Program-made: the position numbers and the translations under genes
The notes under the pieces: generated by a model
What the model was told of the DNA's origin: nothing
The model's input: the letters and a program-made list of their open reading frames with translations, nothing else
Databases searched by the model: none
IMG/VR virus record: IMGVR_UViG_3300047392_000043
Location: 1-61,804 of that record
Length of the DNA: 61,804 nt
Reading direction: 5' to 3' (one strand)
Source of the DNA: a virus
Lineage: Duplodnaviria > Caudoviricetes
Shown here: positions 9,326 to 18,402 of the stretch, piece by piece
Numbering within the stretch: the first letter of the stretch is position 1
Layout: every line of letters begins with the position of its first letter

Positions 9326-10002
9326 TACTTGATTCCTTTATATATAGGGAAACTGTAAGCAGGGTCAGCATACAGATTTTTCATGAATCTAATTTCCATT
9401 CTTGTTTTGCCTCTGTAAATTTTAATTTGTGCAAACTTTGGATCAATTAAACAATTAATAGTCATTGACGCTTGAGTAGCCTCAAAGAACGCTGGATCGT
9501 ATGTGAGTTCAGTTTCTTGTACTTTAAACCCAATCAGGGAACATTGTAAAGTTTCTTTGTTACGAATAATAGCTAACAGATAGTATTGCTTAACTGACTT
9601 TATTTTTTTAATCCAGCCTTCGACTAACAATTTCCATAATGACTCTTTGTCAAATCCTAAGTAGAAGCTAGCAGTATCAGATGTTAATAAGGCTTGATAT
9701 ATGCTGGCTTCTGTTGTCTGATTACCAGATTGCTGGAGGGCCTTAACATCAATAAATGCATCTTCGCCTATGCGTACATCAGCAATGCCTTTGCCAGCAC
9801 CGCACCATTTTGAACCTGGAATACTATCTGTTACTATATATTCCCATATTTCTTTTCCCATGCTAGGGGGACGACCTTGGTCAATGTATTTTCGCAATGG
9901 TTCGAGAACTTTTTCAACTTCGGTATGAAATGTATCAGCAAATGTTGGCCCAACAAGTTGCTGAATTTCCTCGACAGTCATTGGGACCAGGCAGTAGGTC
10001 AT
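9325..10002 (-). CDS. putative PD-(D/E)xK restriction-endonuclease-like protein
   Basis: GKEIWE helix, then GIADV...FIDVK; ATGA-coupled to folE. Confidence 0.45.
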   Translation of the reverse strand: MTYCLVPMTVEEIQQLVGPTFADTFHTEVEKVLEPLRKYIDQGRPPSMGKEIWEYIVTDSIPGSKWCGAGKGIADVRIGEDAFIDVKALQQSGNQTTEASIYQALLTSDTASFYLGFDKESLWKLLVEGWIKKIKSVKQYYLLAIIRNKETLQCSLIGFKVQETELTYDPAFFEATQASMTINCLIDPKFAQIKIYRGKTRMEIRFMKNLYADPAYSFPIYKGIK

Positions 10003-10718
10003 CGTGGAGCAAAGTCTTGTTGGAGTTTGATGTTGTCAAAAAACTCTTTCTTTGTACTTTGATCACTTTGGAAAGCACCTTTGAGTACTGTAGTCTGTGT
10101 CAATGACGAGTGTGCCATAATGCCACGGTTCTCACAGCATCCGTGTACAGCTTGCACATAAACACCTACGTCTTTTGCGTCTGTGGCTTTTTGGATTTCC
10201 CTAGCAATGTCATTAGCAAGTTCCTCCTGGAGAGTACCACGTCTTGCACACCACTGGGCGATGCGTGTGTACTTGGAGAGTCCGATAAGTTTCTCAGCCG
10301 CAATAATGCCAATATAAGCAACGCCACTAACGGGTTGGTGATGATGGCTACACATACTGCGAAGCTCACTACGAACAACCAACATACCTTCATAACGGTC
10401 CGCCGAGTCGTTTGGAAATGCTGTTGCGTCTGGTGCTGGGTCATATCGTCCTGCCATGATTTCATTGTAGTACATCTTGGCAAGTCGTCTTGCAGTACCT
10501 TTAGAGTTTGGATCTGTTTCGCGATCAATAAGCAAAGTGTCTAGCACTTGTTCGAACGCGACTGTAGCTTCATTGATTAGTTGATCCTTTTCAACATCGC
10601 TGATGTATTCGCTAATGTTGTCGCCTGCCCAAAAACGTTTGTTATCTTGTTTAAGGCGATTGCGGATAACTTGGCTAAGTGGCTTGCCGTCTTCTTCTTT
10701 ATAATGTAGTTCTGTCAA
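9999..10718 (-). CDS. folE: GTP cyclohydrolase I
   Basis: SMCSHH, IGLSKYTRI, LQEEL, HGCCENRG; TTG start after a GGAG SD. Confidence 0.95.
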   Translation of the reverse strand: MTELHYKEEDGKPLSQVIRNRLKQDNKRFWAGDNISEYISDVEKDQLINEATVAFEQVLDTLLIDRETDPNSKGTARRLAKMYYNEIMAGRYDPAPDATAFPNDSADRYEGMLVVRSELRSMCSHHHQPVSGVAYIGIIAAEKLIGLSKYTRIAQWCARRGTLQEELANDIAREIQKATDAKDVGVYVQAVHGCCENRGIMAHSSLTQTTVLKGAFQSDQSTKKEFFDNIKLQQDFAPR

Positions 10719-10774
10719 TTTTGTTTTCTCCGAGTTAATGACGTGGATGTCATATTGTTTATTGTAGCATCTAT

Positions 10775-11056
10775 TTAGGAATAAAGCAATACTTCACTTG
10801 GCCAAGTTAGCAAATAAAGCATTAAATCTTCTGGCTTTTTAAAGTGGACCATAATGGTAATATCAAACATCTCATGTGAGTGTTTAGCTGATTCTACCTT
10901 TGACAATTTGCGCCAGTTAAATGGATCACCCTTATAGTCGGTTGCTGTCCAACGATTCTTGCAGTTATCAATCAACCACCGCCTTATGTCCTTTAGTGTG
11001 TACAATGTGGCGGCAGTCTTTGCTGAATAGAACTTATCCTTTGTTAGCGTTAGCAT
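10775..11056 (-). CDS. small protein, outlying member of the F..E.DA..F.L.W family
   Basis: IRRWLIDNCKNRW...HFKKPEDLMLYLLTW. Confidence 0.65.
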   Translation of the reverse strand: MLTLTKDKFYSAKTAATLYTLKDIRRWLIDNCKNRWTATDYKGDPFNWRKLSKVESAKHSHEMFDITIMVHFKKPEDLMLYLLTWPSEVLLYS

Positions 11057-11282
11057 AGAACTCACTCTTACGTAAGTCGTCCCAGCCGCCAACAAGATTT
11101 CCATCAATGATAATTTGGGGAACAGTTCGGGCAGTTGGCACTGCTTCTAATAACTTTTCACGAGTAAAGCCATTGTGGCCTACCTTGTGTTCTGTAAAGG
11201 TAAACCCTTTGCTACTTAACCATGCTTTTGCTTGGTCGCAATAAGGACAGTGGTCCTTACTATAAACTACGATTGTTGTCAT
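11034..11282 (-). CDS. glutaredoxin
   Basis: CPYC, TVPQI and GG motifs. Confidence 0.93.
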   Translation of the reverse strand: MTTIVVYSKDHCPYCDQAKAWLSSKGFTFTEHKVGHNGFTREKLLEAVPTARTVPQIIIDGNLVGGWDDLRKSEFYANANKG

Positions 11283-11443
11283 ATTCCTGCTCCGTTATCA
11301 AATAATTGTTCTTCGTATTTCTTTAATGCTTCTTGATACTGTTCTTCAGCCAAGCCATGCCAGCTGATACACTTGCCGTTGGGACTGCGACCACAACCGC
11401 ACTTGCCAAATTCTTCTGGATTTTCTCTTACTCGTATTTGCAT
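11279..11443 (-). CDS. small CDGSH-like Fe-S/Zn-binding protein (54 aa)
   Basis: Not in the ORF track. Translates as MQIRVRENPEEFGKCGCGRSPNGKCISWHGL...; ATGA overlap with the glutaredoxin start. Confidence 0.7.
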   Translation of the reverse strand: MQIRVRENPEEFGKCGCGRSPNGKCISWHGLAEEQYQEALKKYEEQLFDNGAGI

Positions 11444-11444
11444 A

Positions 11445-11873
11445 TTATGCCTTTGATGTGTCGTATGTTTGTGCGAAGATATCTTTCTTCACCGCACCAT
11501 AGTCGCCTGCGCCATGACGTACAATGTAGTCATTACCAGCAGTATAGTTTAGGTCGCCCCATGACGTATGGATAACACCATCATGGTCAGCAAGTTTAGC
11601 AATCTTCATAATCTTCTTAGGAGTAGCAACGCCATTACCTAAGTCATCTTTGAGACTGTGAAACTTTTCTGGTGTAATAGGATACTGCTCACCTTTGGGA
11701 CCAGTTATAATATAATGACCAGCTTCGTACTGTACAGGACCTTCTAAAGTCTGTACAGTTCCTGCTTGTTGAGCAACTTCATACTTTTCCTGCGCTGGCT
11801 TCTTAAATGTTTCAAAGCTACCAGACTTGAACCAAGCATCATTAATGCCGTTTTCTAGTTCATTTATTTTCAT
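11445..11873 (-). CDS. PGDYG-like protein with an internal duplication
   Basis: GHYIITGPKGEQYPI and AGNDYIVRHGAGDYGAVKKDIFAQTY repeats. Confidence 0.7.
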   Translation of the reverse strand: MKINELENGINDAWFKSGSFETFKKPAQEKYEVAQQAGTVQTLEGPVQYEAGHYIITGPKGEQYPITPEKFHSLKDDLGNGVATPKKIMKIAKLADHDGVIHTSWGDLNYTAGNDYIVRHGAGDYGAVKKDIFAQTYDTSKA

Positions 11874-12297
11874 TGTTATCCTTTTGTGCTTCGGCTTCGT
11901 ATACTCGTCGGCGCAAGTTGCTAGAGCTAAAACTATGATCCCTACCGTTAAAGTATAAATCGATGCCTCGCTTGTGACAAATTTCTCGACCAGTAAACTC
12001 TTTACCTTCGTACTCTACTCCAAGTATACGCACATTGATAGGCAAAGTCAACAGCAAGTCTTCAAGATCTTTTTCAGTATTGTAAACCCAGACTTCGTCA
12101 ACATAGCGACTGCCTTTGAGTTGCATTTGTCTTTCGACAATGCTTTGTACTGGTTTATTTTTTGTAGCACGATCTAGCGTAGGATCGTTTTGCAATCCAC
12201 AAATTAGATAGTCGCACTGTGTCTTGGCTTCTTGTAGCATAGACACATGGCCTGCATGAAGCAAGTCAAATGTAGAACAAGTAAAACCAACCTTCAT
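11860..12297 (-). CDS. cytidylyltransferase (TagD-like, HIGH family)
   Basis: FDLLHAGH, ER..QL, YVDEV, FSSS. Confidence 0.9.
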   Translation of the reverse strand: MKVGFTCSTFDLLHAGHVSMLQEAKTQCDYLICGLQNDPTLDRATKNKPVQSIVERQMQLKGSRYVDEVWVYNTEKDLEDLLLTLPINVRILGVEYEGKEFTGREICHKRGIDLYFNGRDHSFSSSNLRRRVYEAEAQKDNNENK

Positions 12298-13289
12298 GCT
12301 CTACCTCTATACTCTGCAGAGTTGTACCATGACCATGCCGTCTTTACAATGTTATCAATTGAACTGTTGGCAGGAGTCCAACCAATAGTCTTCTTTGCTT
12401 TGTCGGCATAGGCAACTAATGTAGCCGGGTCACCTGGACGTGAAGGACCTTTATGCACCAATACAGTACGTCCGGTAATACGTTCGACAGAGTTAATAAC
12501 TTCTGTAATGCTTACGCCTTTGCCTGAACCAAGATTGAGTTCAATTGAAGTGCCCTTATCGGCTGCTTCGCCCCACTTGGTAGCTAGGTAATGTGCCTCG
12601 GCAATATCTTCTACATGCAAGTAGTCACGAACACACGTACCATCAGCTGTAGGATAGTCGGCACCATTCAACGTGAACACACCTTTGTTGACAATAGTCT
12701 CCATGATGCGAGCAATTACATGTGTTGCGGCTTTCAACTGTCCATGACGAACCTTTGAGTCGGCACCGCATGCGTTGAAGTAGCGCAAGGCTACAGTTTT
12801 AAAACCATATCCTTTTGCACAATCACGAAGCACTTGTTCGGCCATTAGCTTGCTTTGACCATATGGACTAATAGGAAGTGTTGGGCTATACTCAGTAAGT
12901 GTATTAACAGTGGGCTCGCCATACACTGCGGCACTAGATGAAAACACAACAGTCTTGTGCCATCCACGTTCAGCTAACGAAGCTAGCAACTTTGCAGTGT
13001 TGCCTACATTGTTAGCATAGTATGGACCCGGGTCTGTAATACTAGGTCCCACTAAACTTGTACCAGCGATATGAATAAGTGCAACTGGGTTCTTATCAAT
13101 GAAAGAATTAATAAACATTGCGTTATTAAAGTCTCCTTTAATAACTTGATCTAGTTGCTCTGTAATCCACGGAGCAGTAGCATTACGATCTACTCCCAGG
13201 ACTTTGTATCCAAGGTCTTTAAATCGTAATGCAGTTTGCCCGCCAATATAACCATTGCAACCTGTAATGGCGACCCATTTATCTGTCAT
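12294..13289 (-). CDS. galE: UDP-glucose 4-epimerase
   Basis: GCNGYIG, FSSSAAVYG, YGQSK, LRYFNACGA, DGTCVRDYLHV. Confidence 0.93.
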   Translation of the reverse strand: MTDKWVAITGCNGYIGGQTALRFKDLGYKVLGVDRNATAPWITEQLDQVIKGDFNNAMFINSFIDKNPVALIHIAGTSLVGPSITDPGPYYANNVGNTAKLLASLAERGWHKTVVFSSSAAVYGEPTVNTLTEYSPTLPISPYGQSKLMAEQVLRDCAKGYGFKTVALRYFNACGADSKVRHGQLKAATHVIARIMETIVNKGVFTLNGADYPTADGTCVRDYLHVEDIAEAHYLATKWGEAADKGTSIELNLGSGKGVSITEVINSVERITGRTVLVHKGPSRPGDPATLVAYADKAKKTIGWTPANSSIDNIVKTAWSWYNSAEYRGRA

Positions 13290-14497
13290 AATTTATACTT
13301 TGCTCCTGCAACATGATCGCGGTAACGATTGCCTGCACGATTCCACTGAGCGGCTTTACATTCCATGCCACCTTCTGCAACTGTGCCAGCAGTTTCCATA
13401 ATGTCGCAAATGCGATCAATGGTACCATTGTTCCAATCACTAATCTTGCCCATAGCAGGATGTGGAGCTTTTAACAATGTTGTCAATTTGTCAAACGCAT
13501 CTTGTTGGCTCCATGGCACGTACATTCTTGTGTGATCGTTTGCAAACGTTTCTGGAAAGCTACGATACGCAGGGTACAATACATTACAGCCTAATGTGTC
13601 TGCTTCGCTTACTGTATTGCTTACCCAGTCTTGCAACGCACAATTGAACAGCACCTTACTGTCATTAACAATATTGTAGTACTCATTCTTTTGCAGATCC
13701 TTGTAGATCTTTAGCATGCCACGTTCTTCTAACTGCGCCGCACGTTCAAGGTACTTAGGGTTATTACTACGCAACGGACCACCACTTAGCACTGCAAACT
13801 CAACCTTGGGCATGTTAGTACGATGCCATGCTTCGATCAAGTCCATAAAGAAGTCTGGTTGCTTCTCTTGGTCAAACCTTGCGGCAAATACAACTCTGTC
13901 GGCACGTTCAGCCCAAGGCTTAACTTGATTGTTTACACGAGCAAGTACTTCTTCTTTGCCAAATGCTAAACCACTGATGTTATAGATAGGTGCTTCGTAT
14001 CCTGCAATACGCATGTGAGCAACCATTTCTTCATTGGTGGCTAATACAGTAGCAAACTCATTGACCATCTTTTCATACAAGCTCATCCACTTGCCCATAC
14101 CCCATACATGAACAAAGTCATCGGGGTCAATAGCTTGTGCAAGGCAACGTACAAAAACACGGGGACGTTGGTGGTGAGGAATCTGATCCATAATGTATGG
14201 AAGGGATTCAATACCAGGTTGGAACATATCTTCAAAGTAGACAACGTCTTCACCTGTGACCTCACCACTACGCATCATTTGAACTAAGTTCATCATTTGA
14301 CTCATACCAAAGAAGCTTCGGCCATGTGCGTCTAACACTTGTCCCACTGAGATTGCTTTGGTGTTGTCAATAGTCTGTCCAGGCACTACAACATAGTCAA
14401 TGCCACGGCGGCGAAATACACTCTCGTTCCATTGCTGGAGTTGGAGAGTGTATCGCCCTTCATATGGCTCAAGGCCCATATAGAAGAGCTTACGCAT
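13286..14497 (-). CDS. GT-B glycosyltransferase (GT4-like)
   Basis: VVFAARFDQEKQPDFF and ALQDWVSNTVSEA (D/E-x7-E) acceptor/donor motif; start at the TAATG overlap. Confidence 0.75.
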   Translation of the reverse strand: MRKLFYMGLEPYEGRYTLQLQQWNESVFRRRGIDYVVVPGQTIDNTKAISVGQVLDAHGRSFFGMSQMMNLVQMMRSGEVTGEDVVYFEDMFQPGIESLPYIMDQIPHHQRPRVFVRCLAQAIDPDDFVHVWGMGKWMSLYEKMVNEFATVLATNEEMVAHMRIAGYEAPIYNISGLAFGKEEVLARVNNQVKPWAERADRVVFAARFDQEKQPDFFMDLIEAWHRTNMPKVEFAVLSGGPLRSNNPKYLERAAQLEERGMLKIYKDLQKNEYYNIVNDSKVLFNCALQDWVSNTVSEADTLGCNVLYPAYRSFPETFANDHTRMYVPWSQQDAFDKLTTLLKAPHPAMGKISDWNNGTIDRICDIMETAGTVAEGGMECKAAQWNRAGNRYRDHVAGAKYKL

Positions 14498-14988
14498 TAG
14501 ACTTCCTCTGTGAAGCGGTCTAAGCGTTTTGGCATGCAACACATACCATCTGCACTATGCACAGTTTCCTGGCACCATGCGCTCTTGTACAATCCAACGT
14601 GGATCTTAAGAGCCTTGCTTGCGCGATCGCGCCCGCTTTGGATATTAACCGTATATGTAAAGCTACGGTCACCGCTTGCTTCGTGTGTACGAAGTTCTGG
14701 GGTATCAATAGAGTATGAGAAGATCATACCGCTCTTGCACAAATCAGTTAGATACTGATTGTAGAAATCTAGTGGCAAGTGCCCTAGGTCTGCGTTCAAC
14801 ACGCCATCATACAACTCGCTGATCTTTAACAGATCAAACTTGATGTGGTTGATGTTTAAACCAGCACGACGAGGTTGGTACTGGTTGTTGTTATTGTAAC
14901 CACGCTGTTCACGTGGGCCACGGTTGTCGCGATTACCGCGATCGTTAAACTTAACGTGATTGTTAAGCGTACTGTTTGAGGCATCCAT
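14497..14988 (-). CDS. hypothetical protein with an R/G/N-rich N-terminus
   Basis: GGAGG SD; NDRGNRDNRGPREQRGYNNNN low-complexity segment. Confidence 0.6.
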   Translation of the reverse strand: MDASNSTLNNHVKFNDRGNRDNRGPREQRGYNNNNQYQPRRAGLNINHIKFDLLKISELYDGVLNADLGHLPLDFYNQYLTDLCKSGMIFSYSIDTPELRTHEASGDRSFTYTVNIQSGRDRASKALKIHVGLYKSAWCQETVHSADGMCCMPKRLDRFTEEV

Positions 14989-15334
14989 TTTCGCCATCCT
15001 CCGAAACTTCAATCCAAATTTTACGATCTGTATACTTTGATGAGATTTGACCATATAGATCATCTGCCATCATTTCACAGGACTTATAATCCAATGCTAA
15101 CGTTCCTTGGTTATATAAATTTTCCAACCAACGCTTGAACTGAATAAACTCAACATCCCTATCGTCATGAAAGACTTCGAGATACACTTTAAAGTGGAAC
15201 ATGTGTCGATGAGGATGACCCAAAAAGGAAACATCATACTCGTCACCTGTTGCCAACTTAGGATCCGTAAGTGCCGCCGGATACCTATGCACTCCTTCCT
15301 TACGAAAGGTAACCCAAATCATGTCTTGTGACAT
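14963..15334 (-). CDS. QueD-like T-fold protein (DpdL-like, LxxxHRHxF motif)
   Basis: EGVHRYP, FLGHPHRHMF, VEFIQFK, SCEMMA, EVSEDGEN; lacks the CxxxHGH motif of true QueD. Confidence 0.75.
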   Translation of the reverse strand: MSQDMIWVTFRKEGVHRYPAALTDPKLATGDEYDVSFLGHPHRHMFHFKVYLEVFHDDRDVEFIQFKRWLENLYNQGTLALDYKSCEMMADDLYGQISSKYTDRKIWIEVSEDGENGCLKQYA

Positions 15335-15342
15335 GTTACTCC

Positions 15343-15540
15343 TTAGTCAATGTAGTTATTGGCTTTTAAGTATACCCACATCTTCCAGTCGATAGCTTGG
15401 AGATGCTTCAATACTGTATCCAACTTTTCATTAAGTTCTTCTACAGTTGGAGCTGTTGCACCTTCTGCAACTGCCTTGCCTGGGACTGGCTTCTTTGTTG
15501 GCTTATTAAAGCTACCAACTTTAACTTCATCATCGCTCAT
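15343..15540 (-). CDS. hypothetical protein
   Basis: AAGGAA SD; short coiled-coil. Confidence 0.65.
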   Translation of the reverse strand: MSDDEVKVGSFNKPTKKPVPGKAVAEGATAPTVEELNEKLDTVLKHLQAIDWKMWVYLKANNYID

Positions 15541-15549
15541 TTTGTTTCC

Positions 15550-16086
15550 TTAGTTTACAGGGTTATCGCCTACATAGGCATGCCAAGGTGTAAATGTGTC
15601 TCTATCCATAAGGTCATGTAAAGCATGACACCATACACCAGGGTTTGTTGCATTAAAATCCTTATCGTCGATTTTAATTGTTGTATTGTAGTTAAGCAAT
15701 TTCGTATAAGGTAGTTTGACCGAAATCATTGGGATAACACGATTATCTTCACTTGCAAGACTTTCTAAGAAGCCTTCAACCTGAGCTGAGGTAAAGTCTA
15801 CTGTAACATAATCAACTTTACCAGACTCTAATACACCTTCAATCATTCTATCCCACTCTCGCCATCCATCATGGTCATCATTTGCTAAATTATGTAAGCT
15901 CATATTAGCACCAATATAAACGTGCTGTGACTTTGAGTTTAACACATTAGCAATGATTGTGTCAACCGGTTGAAGTCCAACTACAAACAAGGTCCGCATA
16001 CCTTTAGCAGGAGAGTTTTCAACTTCTACTCCTGTAAAGAAATCCGGTGCAACACGTTCAATCGTCATTGTCAAGGTCTCCTTCAA
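15550..16086 (-). CDS. hypothetical protein adjacent to the TGT-like gene
   Basis: 178-aa ORF overlapping the TGT-like stop; the real start may be 16068. Confidence 0.7.
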   Translation of the reverse strand: MKETLTMTIERVAPDFFTGVEVENSPAKGMRTLFVVGLQPVDTIIANVLNSKSQHVYIGANMSLHNLANDDHDGWREWDRMIEGVLESGKVDYVTVDFTSAQVEGFLESLASEDNRVIPMISVKLPYTKLLNYNTTIKIDDKDFNATNPGVWCHALHDLMDRDTFTPWHAYVGDNPVN

Positions 16087-17626
16087 GGTCCATTAACTTT
16101 TCATTGTCCAAACTTGCCATGTCATCATCATCTGGTACTTCTTCTGCTGTATCAAAGATATCATTGCTTTTGGCCTTACGGGCCGCCTCAACGCCACCAA
16201 AGCTAATTGAGTTCAAGAACGTTGTATTGTCCGAAATCATTTGACGCTTGTCTACCATTGGCGTAGCTGGATCAAATAACACTTCTACAAAGTTGTTAAA
16301 GTAAAGGATGTCGTTTGGAATAAACTCACTTAGGTTAGGAGCCTTCTTACCGTATCCTGTTGCATCACGATAATCTACGTTGGGGTTACGAGCATACTCA
16401 ATATCAGCTAAACGCAATGTTTCCTGTACTGCTTGGATATGGTTGTAAACGTTATGAGCCATGATAAACAAGTAAGACAAAGTATCCCAACTTGTTTTAC
16501 CAACCTTACCATTCTTATTTGGATCGTTAGGACCAAGATAACAAATGTCGCCGGCTACCAATCGTTCCATGATAGGTCCTTGGTGCGGCATTTCCAACTT
16601 AGAGTTTTTTAACGCCTTGTTATCAACACTCTTACTCATAGAGTAAGTTAGCTTGTTAGGAGTAAAGTAGTTGTAATTGTAAGACAATGCATAACCACCT
16701 GCCGCAACAAACGGACTTGCCGCGTCAAAGCTAATGTTAATGTTAGGATTGTAATGCTTTTGCAATTGTCGCTTGATACTAGTCAAATAACAAGCCCACT
16801 TTAGACGACCAATACCTAGAAAGTGAATCCAATCTTTATCAGAGATCAAATCATCTTCAATTAAGTCGAGCAAGCGGTTCAATACACTAGGCATGTGCTT
16901 CATGTTAATACCAGCAAACGCCCAACCTTCGAGTGTGCGATCTTTAGAGTAGCCCATTTCTTCAACAGATTCTGGCTTGCTAAAGTGTTTGATAGTGTCG
17001 TACCATAGTTTAGAGTTATCTGGTGTACTACCAGAGATAACGTTCAAGAACTTAGTAGCACCTGGCACACGATGCTTCATAAAGTAATGAAGATTGTGTA
17101 CTGAAATGTCTAGTGTATCTTCGAACTTGGTCAACCCAGTCTTGGCACTTAGAGGTGGTACTGCGGCAAACGCAGGAACGTCAAGTGTCATGGACCAGTC
17201 TGAAGTATGCTCTAAGTAGCGTAAAATTTCTTCACGGAACTTGTCACCTTCTGCACCTTTGATGTTCTTCCAATCCATCTTGATAACACCAGTTGCCAAT
17301 TGGAAACCAGAGCTATCACCTACAATGATTGTTTTGTTACGATCACGTTTGTGAATCATTGGCTCTTTGTCATCACAACGAGTCAAGTTGCGATCAGCAT
17401 GTCCTGCAGAGTACAATGCTACGCCATAATGATAGTAAGAGTTTTCGGGATCAAGAAAGTTTACGCCTTCAATTCCCTTTTCAAATTTAGCTGGCGCACG
17501 ACCTGGCGGTACAAAGTTAGGGTCGCTAGCAATCTTACCTAGCGTCTTAGTGTAGAAACCACTAATGGCTGGCAAGTAGAAGGCATAATTGCCTTCCATT
17601 GCTTTTTTAGTTAAGTCGATGCTCAT
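16058..17626 (-). CDS. TGT/DpdA-like transglycosylase (7-deazaguanine insertion enzyme family)
   Basis: GDSSGFQ (TGT DSGGFQ), MTLDVP, IHFLG, SFDAASP and a C-terminal AHN; no CxCxxC zinc motif. Confidence 0.8.
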   Translation of the reverse strand: MSIDLTKKAMEGNYAFYLPAISGFYTKTLGKIASDPNFVPPGRAPAKFEKGIEGVNFLDPENSYYHYGVALYSAGHADRNLTRCDDKEPMIHKRDRNKTIIVGDSSGFQLATGVIKMDWKNIKGAEGDKFREEILRYLEHTSDWSMTLDVPAFAAVPPLSAKTGLTKFEDTLDISVHNLHYFMKHRVPGATKFLNVISGSTPDNSKLWYDTIKHFSKPESVEEMGYSKDRTLEGWAFAGINMKHMPSVLNRLLDLIEDDLISDKDWIHFLGIGRLKWACYLTSIKRQLQKHYNPNINISFDAASPFVAAGGYALSYNYNYFTPNKLTYSMSKSVDNKALKNSKLEMPHQGPIMERLVAGDICYLGPNDPNKNGKVGKTSWDTLSYLFIMAHNVYNHIQAVQETLRLADIEYARNPNVDYRDATGYGKKAPNLSEFIPNDILYFNNFVEVLFDPATPMVDKRQMISDNTTFLNSISFGGVEAARKAKSNDIFDTAEEVPDDDDMASLDNEKLMDLEGDLDNDD

Positions 17627-18342
17627 TGCTGTGCAATTACTAGGTATTCGTATGCAATAACGCCAGAGTCGAATTCGATCTTGGCAACTTTTTCTGAGAT
17701 ACTAATAACAGGAGTACCTTGGCTTGCTGTCTTTAAGGCAAGCAACAAACTTTGAATAGGAAGTGTCACTGGACGCTTTAGTGTCTGTGTAGTATCTGCA
17801 AACACAAACTTACCTGAGTGGCCGCCACCAGCCGAGCCACCAAACGTAAAGATCAACTTGCCGTTATCTGTACTTGCTACCAAGTTAGGATCAATGCTGG
17901 CATACAAGCCTGCACGTTGGCTAAGTTCGCTAATCTTATTAGCGGCTGGCTTAACAACCACATCCCATGTAGTACCCTTGAATGAACGGCTCTTGGTCTT
18001 CATCAAGTTAGTAGGAGTTAAACGATACTCGTCTTTGTTTCCATCAACGCCACTGAACGCCAAGCGATCAATCTCACTCTTGTTGTTTGTACCAGTTGCT
18101 ACTTTGCTATCTTCGCTACGATACAAGCCGCTTAGACCTACTAGGAAGCCCAAGTTAAGCATACCAAACGCATCTGGCAGTTCATCTACTTTGGACTTGC
18201 TGTTAGCAAGAACAGTAATAGTAGAGTCCTCGGGATACGCTGTAAACTTAGTAGTATCAGCGTCCTGTTCAACTAGGATCTCGTCAAAGGTTCCTAGACT
18301 TGCGATGTTTTTTGCTACATCAAGCACAATATCTTTTAGCAT
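17623..18342 (-). CDS. DNA polymerase sliding clamp (gp45-like)
   Basis: 239-aa beta-rich protein directly downstream of PolB; FGMLNLGFL and a C-terminal DSGVIAYEYLV pattern. Confidence 0.65.
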   Translation of the reverse strand: MLKDIVLDVAKNIASLGTFDEILVEQDADTTKFTAYPEDSTITVLANSKSKVDELPDAFGMLNLGFLVGLSGLYRSEDSKVATGTNNKSEIDRLAFSGVDGNKDEYRLTPTNLMKTKSRSFKGTTWDVVVKPAANKISELSQRAGLYASIDPNLVASTDNGKLIFTFGGSAGGGHSGKFVFADTTQTLKRPVTLPIQSLLLALKTASQGTPVISISEKVAKIEFDSGVIAYEYLVIAQQ

Positions 18343-18368
18343 TGTTGTGGTTCTCCAGTTATGTTACA

Positions 18369-18397
18369 ATTATAGTTTAAAAAGTTTTTAAAGTCAA
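18369..18397 (-). promoter_or_regulatory. sigma70-type promoter for the clamp/TGT/modification operon
   Basis: TTGACT-17 nt-TATAAT, followed by a GGAG SD. Confidence 0.85.
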
Positions 18398-18402
18398 GGG
18401 AT

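Noticed and set aside
14963-15334. Calling this gene canonical queD
   Set aside because: It lacks the CxxxHGH catalytic motif and has LxxxHRHxF instead, so it is left as a QueD-like paralog.
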